From assembly GCA_016188915.1 (NCBI GenBank), contig JACPGU010000002.1:11388-75387 (forward strand): DNA of 64,000 bases, read 5' to 3'. The stretch comes from Candidatus Microgenomates bacterium. Lineage in GTDB: Bacteria; Patescibacteriota; JACPGU01. A program made the translations under genes and the position numbers. This document shows, one piece after another, positions 27,135 to 38,696 of the stretch (position 1 is the stretch's first letter; each line of letters starts with the position of its first letter). The notes below the pieces were generated by a model that saw only the letters and a list, made by a program, of their open reading frames with translations, was not told the DNA's origin and searched no databases.

Positions 27135-27899
27135 TTATTTTTCTAGCTCCAAAACTATCGGGCAATGATCCGACCCTATCACCTCCGGCCGGATATAACT
27201 TTTCTTCACCTTGTCTTTCAACTCACTGGATACCACAAAATAATCTATCCGCCAGCCGACATTGTTGGCCCGGGCATTGCCGAAATGGCTCCACCAAGTA
27301 TAGTGACCACCATCTTTTTCAAACAGACGAAAAGTATCAACATAACCGTGCTCTAAAAGTTTAGTGAACCAGCCTCGTTCTTCGTCGGTAAATCCCTTTT
27401 TTCCACGGTTAGCTTTGAAATTAGTCAGATCGATTTCTTCATGCGCCACATTGAAATCACCACAAATTATAATCGGTTTTTTCTCTCTTAGCTTTTCGCA
27501 GAATTTCAAAAGGTGATCATTGTATTTCATGCGAAATGGCAAGCGAGAGAGTTCGTCATTGGCGTTGGGGAAATAACAATTGAGCAAATAAAAGTCTTCA
27601 AACTCCGTAACGATAGTCCTCCCCTCTAAATCCGCATCGCTCCAACCAATACTATCAAATACCGATTGTGGCTTTTTTTTCGTATAAGTGACAACCCCGC
27701 TGTAACCTTTTTTCACCGAGGAAAAAGACCAGAAAGATTCATAGCCTTCTATATTAGAAAGAAACATGCCGACTTTTTCTGGTGTTACTTTGGTTTCCTG
27801 AAAACAATAGATGTCGGCTTTTTCAGATTTGATAAAATCAAGCAGCCCCGTCTTGACCGAGGAATTGATGCCATTGACATTCCAGCAGATAATTTTCAT
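27135..27899 (-). CDS. xth: Exodeoxyribonuclease III
   Basis: WNVNG, QETK, GYSGV, GDFNVAH, GWRIDY and SDHCP motifs. Confidence 0.96.
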   Translation of the reverse strand: MKIICWNVNGINSSVKTGLLDFIKSEKADIYCFQETKVTPEKVGMFLSNIEGYESFWSFSSVKKGYSGVVTYTKKKPQSVFDSIGWSDADLEGRTIVTEFEDFYLLNCYFPNANDELSRLPFRMKYNDHLLKFCEKLREKKPIIICGDFNVAHEEIDLTNFKANRGKKGFTDEERGWFTKLLEHGYVDTFRLFEKDGGHYTWWSHFGNARANNVGWRIDYFVVSSELKDKVKKSYIRPEVIGSDHCPIVLELEK

Positions 27900-27907
27900 G
27901 AGAGAGA

Positions 27908-28306
27908 TTACAAAATGAATGAAGCGATCATCAAAACTACAAAATTAATCGCGGAGAGCACGCACCAAGTGCAAAAGGCGCGGAGAACAAAAGCTTGAAT
28001 ATAAGTAAAGTATGTAGCGAAAAGAAAGCCGATAGTGATAGGAATCTCAAGCCACCAGAAGGGAGTGATACTATAAAAATACAAAATCGCCAAAACAAAA
28101 ATCACCAGATACATCACCAGTCCCGCCACGGAATTAGGGATACCAAAAGTTTTGCTGTATTTACTTTGCTGGACCCTGCGACACCACTCGGGCGGGAAAA
28201 AAATACAAGCCACTTCCGTCCCTTTGATTTTGTGATAGATCAAATAAAGAGTATCGGTAATGCCGATGATGGAAAATATAAAAATGAGAATAAGAGAGGT
28301 AGGCAT
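27908..28306 (-). CDS. Vitamin K epoxide reductase (VKOR) family protein
   Basis: Loop cysteines C...C, SKYSKTFGIP, and FCTWC (CxxC) in a TM helix. Confidence 0.9.
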   Translation of the reverse strand: MPTSLILIFIFSIIGITDTLYLIYHKIKGTEVACIFFPPEWCRRVQQSKYSKTFGIPNSVAGLVMYLVIFVLAILYFYSITPFWWLEIPITIGFLFATYFTYIQAFVLRAFCTWCVLSAINFVVLMIASFIL

Positions 28307-28354
28307 ACTGGAAATTTTTGATTGTTATTGTTTGAGGCTTTGATTATTTAGAAT

Positions 28355-31207
28355 TTAGGATTTAGGATTTAGAATTTCCTTCAGATATTTCCCGGTATAA
28401 CTCTCTTTTACTTTGGCTACTTCTTCCGGAGTCCCCTCGGCCATTATTCTTCCCCCATTATCTCCCCCTTCCGGGCCAAGGTCAAGAATCCAGTCGGCGC
28501 ATTTAATAACATCAAGATTGTGCTCAATGACCAAGATGCTGTTACCTTTATCCACCAAAGCCTGCAAAACATGGAGTAATCTTTTGATGTCGTCAAAATG
28601 CAACCCTGTCGTCGGCTCATCTAGAATATAGAGAGTTTTGCCGGTAGCGCGACGGGAAAGCTCGGTTGAAAGTTTTACTCTCTGCGCTTCACCGCCCGAC
28701 AAAGTGGTAGAAGATTGCCCTAATTTCATATAAGAAAGACCGACATCATTTAGGACTTGCAATTTTTGTTTGAGAGTCGGAATATTGGCAAAAAACTCCA
28801 GGGCTTCTTCCACCGTCATATTGAGCACATCAGCGATATTTTTGTCTTTGTAGAATATCTCTAGTACTTCTTTGTTATAACGCTGGCCATCGCATACTTC
28901 GCAGGTAACATAAACATCGGGCAAAAAATGCATTTCTATTTTGTTCACTCCATCGCCAGCGCAGGCCTCGCATCGACCACCCTTGACATTGAAGCTGAAA
29001 CGGCCATCTTTGTATCCCCTCGCCTTGGCGTCCTTTGTTTGGGCGAATATTTCTCTAATAATAGTGAAAATGCCCGTGTAGGTAGCGGGATTACTCCTAG
29101 GCGTTCGGCCGATCGGTGATTGGTCTATGTCTATCACTTTGTCTAGATTTTCTATACCTAAAATTTCTTTGCACTTGCCTGCTGTCTGTTGGGAATGATG
29201 ATATTCTGCCGCCAATTTTTTGGCAATGATTTCATTGACCAGTGATGATTTGCCAGAACCAGAGACACCTGTTACCGCGACAAAAAGACCTAGCGGGATC
29301 TCCGCTCTGATATTTTTCAAATTATTTTCTGCCGCTCCCACCACCACCAATTTTTTTCCATTGGGCTTTCGCCTTTTGAGAGGAGTGGCAATGAATAATT
29401 TTCCAGACAGATAGCGCCCCGTCAAAGACTTTGAATCTTTTTTTACTTGCGCCGGCGTGCCGGCCGATACCACTTTGCCTCCGTGCTCTCCGGCGCCCGG
29501 ACCAATATCTATCAGATAATCCGCCATTTCCATCACTTGTTCATCATGTTCTACCACAATGACCGTATTGTCCAAATCGCGCAGATTTTCTAAAGTTTTT
29601 ATCAATCTAGCGTTATCTCTTTGATGCAGCCCAATCGTCGGCTCATCCAATATATATAGAACACCGGTTAGCCCCGAACCGATTTGCGTAGCAAGACGGA
29701 TACGCTGCGCTTCGCCGCCTGATAATGTTGCCGCCGCCCTATCAATAGCCAAATACGAAAGACCAACATCATTCAAAAAAATCAGCCTAGCGATTATTTC
29801 TTTAATTATCTGTTTGGCAATAATTTTGTTTTTTTCAGATAATGTTTTCGGCAGTTTCTCAAAAAAAATCAGCGCCTTTTCTACTGTATCGCCAGACACT
29901 TCATCTATAGATCGTCCTCCAACCTTGATGCCTAATATCTCTTTTTTTAGTCTTTTGCCACCACATTCATCGCATATTTTCTCCCGCATGAATTTTTCTA
30001 TCTCTCGACGAACAATGTCGGAATCAGTTTCTTTGTAGCGCCTCTCGAGATTGCGCACTACTCCCTCATAGGTCATGGGATATTCATTGATACTGCCAAG
30101 CGTTGTTTTGTGACGATAAATATAAACATTATCACCTGTGCCATACATAATAATATCGCGAATTTTCTGTGAAAGAGTTGCTACCGGAGTATTGAGATCA
30201 AAACCATATTTTTTTCCTACTTGCTCCAAGACTTTTATATGCCAACCAGCATTAGTTGTAGTCCTAGACCACGGGCGAATCGCCCCTTCGGCGATAGTCA
30301 AGCGAGGGTTTGGCATAACTAAAGCTTCATCTATTTCTAATTTTTTCCCAAGCCCCGTGCATTTCAGACAAGCACCGTGAGGAGAATTAAAAGAAAAAAT
30401 ACGCGGAGATATTTCGGGCAGAGAGACACTGCATATCGGACAAGAAAAGTGTTCACTATATATTTTTTCTTTATTGTTATCAATATTGAGCACCGCGACA
30501 CTGCCAGAACTTTTGCGCAAAGATAATTCTACCGAATCACTCAAGCGTAGCCTCAATTCATCGCTTTTGGCATCTTCCATAATTATCCTATCAACCACTA
30601 TTTCAATAGTATGCTTTTTATTTTTGTCCAAAGAAATATTATCATCAATATCCATTATGGTGCCGTCTACGCGAACTCTGACGAAACCATCTTTTTTTAT
30701 CTTTTCCAAAATATGCCGATGCTCCCCTTTTTCACCATTGATCAAGGGAGCGAGAATCAAAAGTTTGCTTTTTTCTTTTTCTTGCAATATCTGTCCGACT
30801 ATTTCTGGCACACTTTGAGAAACTACCTGTCGGCCGCAGACTGGACAAAAAACATCACCGATATTGGCAAAAAGTAAGCGCAGATAATCATAAATCTCCG
30901 TTACTGTTCCAACCGTGGAACGCGGATTAGATGATGCGCTTTTTTGGTCAATAGAAATAGCCGGAGACAAGCCATCGATATGATCCACATCGGGTTTTTC
31001 CATCAGCCCCAAAAATTGCCGCGCGTACGAAGAGAGTGACTCCACATAGCGCCTTTGTCCCTCCGCGTATAGTGTGTCAAAGGCCAGTGATGATTTGCCC
31101 GAACCAGAAAGCCCCGTGATTACTACCAATTTGTTCCTCGGTATCTCCAGGGAGATATTTTTCAAATTGTGTTCGCGAGCGCCTTTGACAACGATTTTGT
31201 TCTGCAT
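28355..31207 (-). CDS. uvrA: Excinuclease ABC subunit A
   Basis: Two ABC domains ([26 protein letters not shown]) and zinc fingers. Confidence 0.98.
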   Translation of the reverse strand: MQNKIVVKGAREHNLKNISLEIPRNKLVVITGLSGSGKSSLAFDTLYAEGQRRYVESLSSYARQFLGLMEKPDVDHIDGLSPAISIDQKSASSNPRSTVGTVTEIYDYLRLLFANIGDVFCPVCGRQVVSQSVPEIVGQILQEKEKSKLLILAPLINGEKGEHRHILEKIKKDGFVRVRVDGTIMDIDDNISLDKNKKHTIEIVVDRIIMEDAKSDELRLRLSDSVELSLRKSSGSVAVLNIDNNKEKIYSEHFSCPICSVSLPEISPRIFSFNSPHGACLKCTGLGKKLEIDEALVMPNPRLTIAEGAIRPWSRTTTNAGWHIKVLEQVGKKYGFDLNTPVATLSQKIRDIIMYGTGDNVYIYRHKTTLGSINEYPMTYEGVVRNLERRYKETDSDIVRREIEKFMREKICDECGGKRLKKEILGIKVGGRSIDEVSGDTVEKALIFFEKLPKTLSEKNKIIAKQIIKEIIARLIFLNDVGLSYLAIDRAAATLSGGEAQRIRLATQIGSGLTGVLYILDEPTIGLHQRDNARLIKTLENLRDLDNTVIVVEHDEQVMEMADYLIDIGPGAGEHGGKVVSAGTPAQVKKDSKSLTGRYLSGKLFIATPLKRRKPNGKKLVVVGAAENNLKNIRAEIPLGLFVAVTGVSGSGKSSLVNEIIAKKLAAEYHHSQQTAGKCKEILGIENLDKVIDIDQSPIGRTPRSNPATYTGIFTIIREIFAQTKDAKARGYKDGRFSFNVKGGRCEACAGDGVNKIEMHFLPDVYVTCEVCDGQRYNKEVLEIFYKDKNIADVLNMTVEEALEFFANIPTLKQKLQVLNDVGLSYMKLGQSSTTLSGGEAQRVKLSTELSRRATGKTLYILDEPTTGLHFDDIKRLLHVLQALVDKGNSILVIEHNLDVIKCADWILDLGPEGGDNGGRIMAEGTPEEVAKVKESYTGKYLKEILNPKS

Positions 31208-31344
31208 AGCAATAAATAGTTATTGTTAGCGCTTTTCCAATTCAATCTATTATACTCGCCTGTCAAGATATTCTCAAGTATTTGTTTTTCTTTTGTTTCA
31301 ACGAAAATAGTGGTATAATATGAAAAATACTATTAATCTTTCCT

Positions 31345-31746
31345 ATGGCCTTATTCAAAAAAAGAGAGCTTTTGGCGCAAGTCGCTCACGCCGAAACCAT
31401 AGTGGGAGGTGGCGTCACTTTGTCTGGAAAAATAGAGGCGAAACATAATATCCAAATCAATGGGACATTCTCTGGAGAGATTGTTGCCGAAGGAGATGTA
31501 ATCGTCGGATCGGATGGTGAAGTGAATGCTCCCATCAATGCTAAAAATGCCACTATCGCCGGCACAGTTAACGGCAATGTGAATGTCGTTAATGAATTGG
31601 ACATCCTCTCTACTGGAAAAATTTTTGGCGATATCTCTGCCAAAACGCTCTCTGTCAAATCTGGAGGTATTTTGTCCGGACGCTCCATAATGCACGGAAA
31701 GATAGAAGATCAAAAAATAGTAAAACCAACTTACGAGACAGAGTAA
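31345..31746 (+). CDS. Bactofilin (polymer-forming cytoskeletal protein)
   Basis: ETIVG..VTLSG..I.ING...G.V beta-helix repeats. Confidence 0.9.
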   Translation: MALFKKRELLAQVAHAETIVGGGVTLSGKIEAKHNIQINGTFSGEIVAEGDVIVGSDGEVNAPINAKNATIAGTVNGNVNVVNELDILSTGKIFGDISAKTLSVKSGGILSGRSIMHGKIEDQKIVKPTYETE

Positions 31747-31775
31747 GCTAATAATTTTAATTATTTTAATCTCCA

Positions 31776-32600
31776 ATGAATTTATATTTATTCAATCCGG
31801 AGGCTCGTCGCGGTCGGGCCAAAAAATTAGAGCCAAAGATAAAACAATATTTGATTGATTTAGGCGCCACTGGAGAATTTATCAATTTAGCAAAAAAGGG
31901 GGATGCTGGTAAGGCGATAAAAGAAGCCAAAAAGAAAGGTACCGATACATTAGTCGCCATCGGTGGTGATGGTTTGCTATATCAAATCATCCAAGAAATA
32001 GCTCATGAAAAAATAAATCTTGGCGTTATCCCTATCGGCCACAGCAATCTTCTTGCTCATTTTCTGGGCATTGATTCTTGGCAAACCGGTTGCGAGTCTT
32101 TGGTAAAAGGCTATGTTGCCAAAATAAGCCTGGGCGTAGTAGGTGGTCGCTACTTTACTTCTTCTGTAGAGATAGAGAGTCGAGAGCGGAATAAGAAAAA
32201 AATGCTAGGCCTAATCCCTATCCCATCCGCCATACAATATCTACCAGCTACCGTTATCATCAATTCAGAAAATGGGAAATTAAAATTACAATCCAACATC
32301 GCCTCTATCTCTGTCATCTCTTCTTCGTTGATAAAAAAAGTCAGTGGCAAAGAAGACGATGGGAATGAAGACGAGGAATTGAGTATTTTTATAAAAAGTA
32401 AACCCCTGCACTCAAAAAAAAGAGCGAAAGAAGAGCTAACTGTGCTAAGAGGGAATTCCCTGGAAATAAAATCTGAATCAGTTTTTTATATCAAAGCCGA
32501 TGGTGAACCAGCTGGCAAAACCCCCATCAAGATCAGCATAGACAAACAATGCCTACGCGTCATAGCCCCTCAAAAAGACTTGGATATTGATAAGACCTGA
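31776..32600 (+). CDS. Diacylglycerol-kinase-family lipid kinase
   Basis: FNP, AIGGDG, IPIGHSNLLA and ADGE motifs. Confidence 0.85.
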   Translation: MNLYLFNPEARRGRAKKLEPKIKQYLIDLGATGEFINLAKKGDAGKAIKEAKKKGTDTLVAIGGDGLLYQIIQEIAHEKINLGVIPIGHSNLLAHFLGIDSWQTGCESLVKGYVAKISLGVVGGRYFTSSVEIESRERNKKKMLGLIPIPSAIQYLPATVIINSENGKLKLQSNIASISVISSSLIKKVSGKEDDGNEDEELSIFIKSKPLHSKKRAKEELTVLRGNSLEIKSESVFYIKADGEPAGKTPIKISIDKQCLRVIAPQKDLDIDKT

Positions 32601-32653
32601 TTTTTATGCTACAATCTGATTTGTCCTAGAAAAATAATTATCAAAAATATTTA

Positions 32654-33181
32654 GTGAATACGCCAAAAAACAAACTGCACAGAAAAAATGAAGATATAAA
32701 AGTGCCTTTTGTTGTCTTAATCACAGACACCGGAGAAAAAAAAGACAAAATCCCTACAAGGGAGGCTCTGGAGATGGCTTATGATCGTGGCATGGATCTG
32801 GTCTTAGTAGCAGATACTACCACTCCCCCTATCGCCAAAATCATGGATTGGGGCAAATACAAATACGAGCAAACAAAAAAAGAGCAGCAAAATCGCAAAG
32901 CTCAAAAAATAGCCGAAATAAAAGAAATCCGCCTCCGTCCCAAAACAGGAACACACGATCTAGAGGTAAAGATGGGAAAAATAAAAGAATTTTTAGCAAA
33001 GGGACACAAAGTAAAAATATCAATGGTTTTTCGTGGTCGTGAAGCGATGTATCTAGACAAAGGCAAAGAAAATCTGAAAAAGCTCATCGCCGATATCGCC
33101 AATATTGCTCAGCCAGAATCATATCCATCGTATCAATTCAAAAGACTATCGGTCACTCTCATACCAATCAAAAAAAATTAA
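32654..33181 (+). CDS. infC: Translation initiation factor IF-3
   Basis: MDLVLV...PPIAKIMDWGKYKYE, KEIRLRP, FRGRE; GTG start. Confidence 0.96.
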   Translation: MNTPKNKLHRKNEDIKVPFVVLITDTGEKKDKIPTREALEMAYDRGMDLVLVADTTTPPIAKIMDWGKYKYEQTKKEQQNRKAQKIAEIKEIRLRPKTGTHDLEVKMGKIKEFLAKGHKVKISMVFRGREAMYLDKGKENLKKLIADIANIAQPESYPSYQFKRLSVTLIPIKKN

Positions 33182-33233
33182 GTTAAGCAGACATTCGCGA
33201 AAATTATAAAAAAATCTGTGAGGATTAGCGACC

Positions 33234-33428
33234 ATGAAATTAAAGACCAAAAAATCATTAGCTAAAAGAATCAAAATAACCAAGACTGGTAAGCTGAAAA
33301 AAAGACGCACTCATCAGTCACATTTGATGTGGAAAAAATCAAAGAAAAGAAAAAGAAAGATGGCCAAAACTCAAACTATATTCAAAGGTGAGTCTCAGAC
33401 CATTCGCCGACTACTACCTTATTCTTAA
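33234..33428 (+). CDS. rpmI: 50S ribosomal protein L35
   Basis: MKLKTKKSLAKRIKITKTGK; infC-rpmI-rplT synteny. Confidence 0.96.
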   Translation: MKLKTKKSLAKRIKITKTGKLKKRRTHQSHLMWKKSKKRKRKMAKTQTIFKGESQTIRRLLPYS

Positions 33429-33463
33429 TTTTTTAATTTCTTAATTTATTAATTTATTAGACC

Positions 33464-33808
33464 ATGCCAAGAGTAAAAAGAGCTGTTATCGCTAAGAAAA
33501 AACATAAGAAACTGCGCGCCCGAGCTCGTGGGCGTCGGCTTTTAAATAGAACTACTATCAAAAGAGCTCGCCAGATGGATTTGAAATCTGGGGTCAAGGC
33601 TTACGCTGATAGAAAAGTTAAAAAGCGCACTATGCGCGCTCTTTGGAATATCAGAATCAATGCTGGCTTGAGACCCTTGGGGCTCACTTATTCTAGATTC
33701 ATTAATCTTTTGAAAAAAGCCAATGTAGAAATCGACAGAAAAGTATTATCGCAACTCGCAAAAGACCATCCGGAAATTTTTGCGAAAGTGGTAGAAAAAG
33801 TGAGTTAA
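33464..33808 (+). CDS. rplT: 50S ribosomal protein L20
   Basis: MPRVKR, AYADRK.KKR..R.LW..RINA, DRKVLS motifs. Confidence 0.97.
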   Translation: MPRVKRAVIAKKKHKKLRARARGRRLLNRTTIKRARQMDLKSGVKAYADRKVKKRTMRALWNIRINAGLRPLGLTYSRFINLLKKANVEIDRKVLSQLAKDHPEIFAKVVEKVS

Positions 33809-33824
33809 AAAAAATTGAGTATTA

Positions 33825-33853
33825 AAAAATCCCGCCTTTTTGGCGGGATTTTT
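33825..33853. terminator. Bidirectional terminator between rplT and secA
   Basis: AAAAATCCCGCC-TTTTT-GGCGGGATTTTT. Confidence 0.85.
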
Positions 33854-33871
33854 ACTTTCATAGATTTCGTT

Positions 33872-36613
33872 CTATCCTCCATGACATTTTTTGTATTTTT
33901 TGCCGCTCCCGCATGGACAGGGATCGTTGCGACCGATATTTTTTTTGTCCATCTTTCCTACTGTATTGTCTTGATTATTTTCTTCTTTTTGATTATTTTG
34001 ATTACTAGAATTTGTTTGTGTTTTGTGATTTGTGTTTTGTGATTTTTCTATTTGTATTTTAAAAAACATTTTAGCAAAGTTACTATCTACCAAAGACTGT
34101 AATTGCTGAAACATATTATATGACCTGTGTTTGTATTCCACTAAAGGATTCTTTTGCCCATAGCCGACCAAGCCTATAGATGTGCGCAAATGGTTCATTT
34201 CTGTCAAATGTTGTACCCAGAACATATCAATTATTCTCAGAAAAAGATATCGCAAAACTCCTTTTGTCTCTTCTCCGAACTCTTCTATTTTTTGAGAAAA
34301 TCTTTGGTCTGTTATCGGTGCCAATTTTTGTTCCATCTCAAAGCCATCTCTTGAGGAATCTAGATCTTTCTGCTCAAGGCCTAATGGCAGTGGAGAAAAA
34401 ATAGCGTTCAATGTTTCTACTATTTCTTTTGTGTTCCAAGATTCTCTATCCCCGATACTATTGCGATGAATGATATCAACCACTTCTTTTTGTATTACAA
34501 ATTTAGCCTTTTCTTGTAATTCGACGGACTGTCCGCTCAAATCATCTTGTCCTTTCAAAATAGCGTCTCTCCTGGAATATATGGCGGCACGCTGACGATT
34601 CATTACATCGTCATACTCCAAAACATGTTTTCTAATATCAAAATTATGCCCTTCTACTTTTTTCTGCGCTGTCTCAATGGCACTGGAAACTATTTTATTT
34701 TCTATTGGCTGGTCGTCTGGGATGCCTAGAGTGTCCATCATTTTTTTGATCCTTTCAGCGCCGAATATTCTCATCAAATCATCTTCCATAGAAATAAAAA
34801 ATTGAGAAAAGCCAGGATCTCCCTGACGGCCAGAACGCCCTCGCAGTTGATTGTCAATCCTTCGAGATTCGTGTCTTTCCGTGCCAAAAACGCACAATCC
34901 TCCCAAGTCCCTTACTTCATTAGCTTTTCCCTCGTCATAGGGATGCCCTCCTAAAATAATATCCACACCTCTTCCCGCCATATTGGTAGCGATAGTGACT
35001 GCTCCTTTTGCTCCCGCTTGAGCGATGATGGTAGCCTCTCTTTCGTGTTGCTTGGCATTCAAAACTTCGTGGGGAACGCCATTTATTTTTAAAAGATGCG
35101 AGAGTAATTCATTTTTTTCTATAGAAATAGTACCTACCAAAACAGGCTGACCAATCTCATTGCGCTTTTTTATTTCCTCTACCAAAGCCTTGAATTTACC
35201 AGTTTCATTTTTGAATATTTTGTCACCCGAATCTTTTCTGACAGTTTTTTTATTGGTGGGAATTTCAACAACATCCAATTTATATATGCTAAAAAATTCT
35301 TCGCTTTCTGTCATCGCCGTCCCAGTCATACCGGCTAGTTTATCGTATAATCTGAAATAATTTTGAAAAGTGATAGTAGCTAATGTCACACTTTCTTTTT
35401 TTATTTCAACGTTTTCTTTAGCTTCAATCGCTTGATGCAACCCTTCAGAATATCTACGCCCAAACATCAATCTGCCCGTAAATTCATCTACGATAATGAT
35501 TTCGCCATCCTTGATGACATAGTCGCGATCTTTTTTGAAAAGAACATGCGCTTTTAGCGCTTGCTCCAAATGATGGGCCAATTCCACACCTTTATCGTAA
35601 AGATTGTCCATCCCCAAAAGATTTTCCATTTTCTTTATTCCCTCATCAGTCAAAGAAACTGCCCGTAATTTTTCATCAACATTATAGTCAGTATTTTCTA
35701 AAAGAGTAGGGATAAGCCCCGCGAATTTGCGATATAAATCTCCAGATTCTTCGGCGGGAGCGGAGATAATCAGAGGCGTTCTTGCTTCATCAACCAAAAT
35801 AGAATCCACTTCGTCAATGACAGCGTAATAAAGATCGCGCTGAACTTTGGCCGCGATATCAGGAGCCATATTATCTCTCAAATAGTCAAAGCCAAATTCA
35901 TTATTAGTGCCATAAGTAATGTCTGCCAAATAGGCTTGCCTGCGACTCGTCTCTTGCAAATTTTGCGATTCTACTTCTATTTGCTGATCGGAAGTTTCTT
36001 CTATTTTTTTTCTTTCTTGATCAAAATTTATCAAAAAAGAATGATCATGCACTATCACCCCCACGCTCAAGCCTAAAAAATCAAAAATCCTACCCATCCA
36101 TTCGGCATCTCTTTTTGCCAAATAATCATTTACTGTCACGACATGCACTCCTCTACCTAATAAAGCGTTCAAATAAATAGGCAAAGTTGAAACAAGAGTT
36201 TTTCCTTCGCCTGTTTTCATCTCGGCGATTTTCCCCTGATGTAGGATTATTCCCCCAATCATCTGAACATCAAAATGCCGCATCAAAAGAACTCTCCTGG
36301 AGGCTTCCCTAACAAGAGCGTAGGCTTCCGGTAGTATTTCTTGTAAGATTTTTTGCTGTTTTTTATATAAATTAGTTTTTTGAGAATCTTTGCTAGAATC
36401 GCCAAATTGTTCTTCCAGCTCATCTTTCCTCTTTTCATCAATCGTCAGATATCGCGATATTCTATCTTTGAATTCTTGCGTTTTCGCGCGCAAAGATTCG
36501 TCCGACAAATCTTGGAGCAATTTTTCATAAGCTCCTATTTTCACCAAAAAAGGATTAATTTTTTTGATCTGTTTTTTACTAGGGTCTCCTAATATTTTTA
36601 TCCAAATCGACAT
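33872..36613 (-). CDS. secA: Preprotein translocase SecA
   Basis: MKTGEGKT, DEVDSILVDEARTP, ATNMAGRG and SEC-C motif GRNDPCPCGSGKKYKKCH. Confidence 0.98.
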   Translation of the reverse strand: MSIWIKILGDPSKKQIKKINPFLVKIGAYEKLLQDLSDESLRAKTQEFKDRISRYLTIDEKRKDELEEQFGDSSKDSQKTNLYKKQQKILQEILPEAYALVREASRRVLLMRHFDVQMIGGIILHQGKIAEMKTGEGKTLVSTLPIYLNALLGRGVHVVTVNDYLAKRDAEWMGRIFDFLGLSVGVIVHDHSFLINFDQERKKIEETSDQQIEVESQNLQETSRRQAYLADITYGTNNEFGFDYLRDNMAPDIAAKVQRDLYYAVIDEVDSILVDEARTPLIISAPAEESGDLYRKFAGLIPTLLENTDYNVDEKLRAVSLTDEGIKKMENLLGMDNLYDKGVELAHHLEQALKAHVLFKKDRDYVIKDGEIIIVDEFTGRLMFGRRYSEGLHQAIEAKENVEIKKESVTLATITFQNYFRLYDKLAGMTGTAMTESEEFFSIYKLDVVEIPTNKKTVRKDSGDKIFKNETGKFKALVEEIKKRNEIGQPVLVGTISIEKNELLSHLLKINGVPHEVLNAKQHEREATIIAQAGAKGAVTIATNMAGRGVDIILGGHPYDEGKANEVRDLGGLCVFGTERHESRRIDNQLRGRSGRQGDPGFSQFFISMEDDLMRIFGAERIKKMMDTLGIPDDQPIENKIVSSAIETAQKKVEGHNFDIRKHVLEYDDVMNRQRAAIYSRRDAILKGQDDLSGQSVELQEKAKFVIQKEVVDIIHRNSIGDRESWNTKEIVETLNAIFSPLPLGLEQKDLDSSRDGFEMEQKLAPITDQRFSQKIEEFGEETKGVLRYLFLRIIDMFWVQHLTEMNHLRTSIGLVGYGQKNPLVEYKHRSYNMFQQLQSLVDSNFAKMFFKIQIEKSQNTNHKTQTNSSNQNNQKEENNQDNTVGKMDKKNIGRNDPCPCGSGKKYKKCHGG

Positions 36614-36708
36614 AAAAACTAAATTATTGATACCATATCTATATTATCAAAAAATAGTCCCTCTAACAAGAAAAAGGGGCTTTTGCCCCTTTTGTTGTCC
36701 TGACGGTC

Positions 36709-37254
36709 TTAGCTTTCTATCAGCCCATATCCGCCATCTTTTCTTTTATAGACCAAAGCCTGTTTATTGCTAAGAGCATTGATAAAAATATAAAAATCGT
36801 GTCCCAAAAGTTCCATATTGGCTACCGCTTCTTCTTCCGTAATGGGAGTACCGAGATCTATTTTTTTTCTTTTTACTATGCTTTCTGCTTGGCTGTAGGT
36901 GATGCCTGGGTCTAGGGCTTCTGATTTTAAATCTTTTTTGCGATTTCTTATGAATTTTCTTTTTGCATCGCGAATCTTTCTTTCTATTTTTTCCTGCACG
37001 ATATCTATCGCCTCGTACATTTCGCCTGCTGTTTCTTCACAGCGTATTTTTGCACCGGCCAAAATTAACATTACTTCTACTTTTGCCTTGGGGGCACCTT
37101 TGCTACTGCCCTTACCGGAATAAGACAGCCCAACATCGCAAGATATAACATCCGATGTAGCTAAATAGTTATCCAATTTGTTCATTTTTTGTTGGACATA
37201 GGACTTGATGGCTTCCGTCAACTCAAAATTTTTACCAGAAATTGAAATTTGCAT
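36709..37254 (-). CDS. hpf: Ribosome hibernation factor (long HPF)
   Basis: MQISISGKNFELTEAIKSY, MYEAID, and C-terminal EEAVANMELLGHDFY...YKRKDGGYGLI. Confidence 0.93.
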   Translation of the reverse strand: MQISISGKNFELTEAIKSYVQQKMNKLDNYLATSDVISCDVGLSYSGKGSSKGAPKAKVEVMLILAGAKIRCEETAGEMYEAIDIVQEKIERKIRDAKRKFIRNRKKDLKSEALDPGITYSQAESIVKRKKIDLGTPITEEEAVANMELLGHDFYIFINALSNKQALVYKRKDGGYGLIES

Positions 37255-37372
37255 GTTGTAAAATTTTTAATTTTATAATTTTTAATTTTTAAATAATTTT
37301 CTAATTTCTAATGTTTAAAAATTTAGTAAATTATAATTTGTTTATAAAATTACAAAATTAAAAATTCAAAAA

Positions 37373-38617
37373 TTATTGTGCTTTAATAACTTCCTTCCCC
37401 ACCCATTTCTGCAAAACTTCGGGGACTTTGATACTACCATCCGCTTGCTGATTATTCTCCAATATCGCTATAGGAAAACGACTAGTCACTATCGCCGTGC
37501 CGTTCAAGGTGTGAACAAATTCTGTTTTGCCCCCATCCGTCCGATAGCGGATATTCAGTCTCCTGGATTGATAATCGGTGCAATTACTGGTGCTAGTTAT
37601 TTCTCCATAATCTTTATTCATAGTCATCCATGCCTCAATATCAAATTTGCGATAAGCAGGAGAGCCTAAATCTCCGGAGGCGATATCAATAACGCGATAA
37701 GGCAATTTCAGCCCTTCGCAGATTTCTTTTTCTATATTTAATATTTCTTGATGATATTTCTCGCTATCTTCTGGCTTACAAAAAACAAACATTTCTAATT
37801 TCGTGAATTGATGGACGCGATAGAGACCTTTGCTGGTACGGCCATAAGCGCCAGCTTCTGTCCTGAAACAATGAGATAAAGCGACATATTTTTTTGCGCT
37901 CTTTGAAAGATCCAATATTTCATCGGCATGATATCCACCAATAGTTATTTCAGCGGTACCGATCAAACTCAAATCAGTATTCTCCAAAGAATATACTTGA
38001 GTTTCTTCTCCACGAGGGTTGAAGCCAATACCCGACAAAATATTATTTTTAGCAATATCTGGAGTCTCCATCAAAATATAATTATGATTGGTGGCGATAT
38101 CTATGCCGTAATTAATCAGCGCCTGGTTTAGCCTCACCAAATCATTTTTTACGAAATAAAATTTTGCCGCTGATGTTTTCGCTCCCCTCTCAAAATCAAG
38201 TAAGTCTAGATTTTTAGCCAATATCTCATGGTCTTTCGGCTCAAAAGAAAATTCCGTGATGTGTCCTTTTTTTTCTAAAATTTTAAAATCTTCTTCTCCG
38301 CCTATTGGTGCATCAGGATGAGTAAGATTAGGAACGCTCAATAAAAGTTTTTTATAATTTTCTTCTATGCTCTCCAATTCTTTTTCTAGATCTTTTATCT
38401 GCTCGCCTACTTTGCGCATTAGTTCTATCTCTTCTTGATTGGGTTTTTCTTTAGATTTCTTGTTGCGCTGTGCGCGTAGCTCGTCTATCTGCGTGGTCAA
38501 CTCTCGACGCCTTTCATCGAGATGAAGAATCTTTTCGATATCAACATTTACCCTGCGATTTTTGCAGTTTTCTTTGACTCGCTCTTTATTTTCACGAATG
38601 TATTTGATATCCAGCAT
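37373..38617 (-). CDS. serS: Serine--tRNA ligase
   Basis: MLDIKYIREN, GTAE, CFRTEAG, RVHQF.KLE and HTLNGT motifs. Confidence 0.97.
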   Translation of the reverse strand: MLDIKYIRENKERVKENCKNRRVNVDIEKILHLDERRRELTTQIDELRAQRNKKSKEKPNQEEIELMRKVGEQIKDLEKELESIEENYKKLLLSVPNLTHPDAPIGGEEDFKILEKKGHITEFSFEPKDHEILAKNLDLLDFERGAKTSAAKFYFVKNDLVRLNQALINYGIDIATNHNYILMETPDIAKNNILSGIGFNPRGEETQVYSLENTDLSLIGTAEITIGGYHADEILDLSKSAKKYVALSHCFRTEAGAYGRTSKGLYRVHQFTKLEMFVFCKPEDSEKYHQEILNIEKEICEGLKLPYRVIDIASGDLGSPAYRKFDIEAWMTMNKDYGEITSTSNCTDYQSRRLNIRYRTDGGKTEFVHTLNGTAIVTSRFPIAILENNQQADGSIKVPEVLQKWVGKEVIKAQ

Positions 38618-38631
38618 AATCACACCTACTA

Positions 38632-38680
38632 GTAGAGACGACTTATGCCTGCTCGCCAAAGTGGAGGGAATTGTCTCTGC
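38632..38680. repeat. GTAG-type REP with nested hairpin
   Basis: GTAGAGACGA...TTGTCTCTGC arms enclosing CCTGCTCGCCAAAGTGGAGG. Confidence 0.7.
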
Positions 38681-38696
38681 CTAATTTCTTATTTTC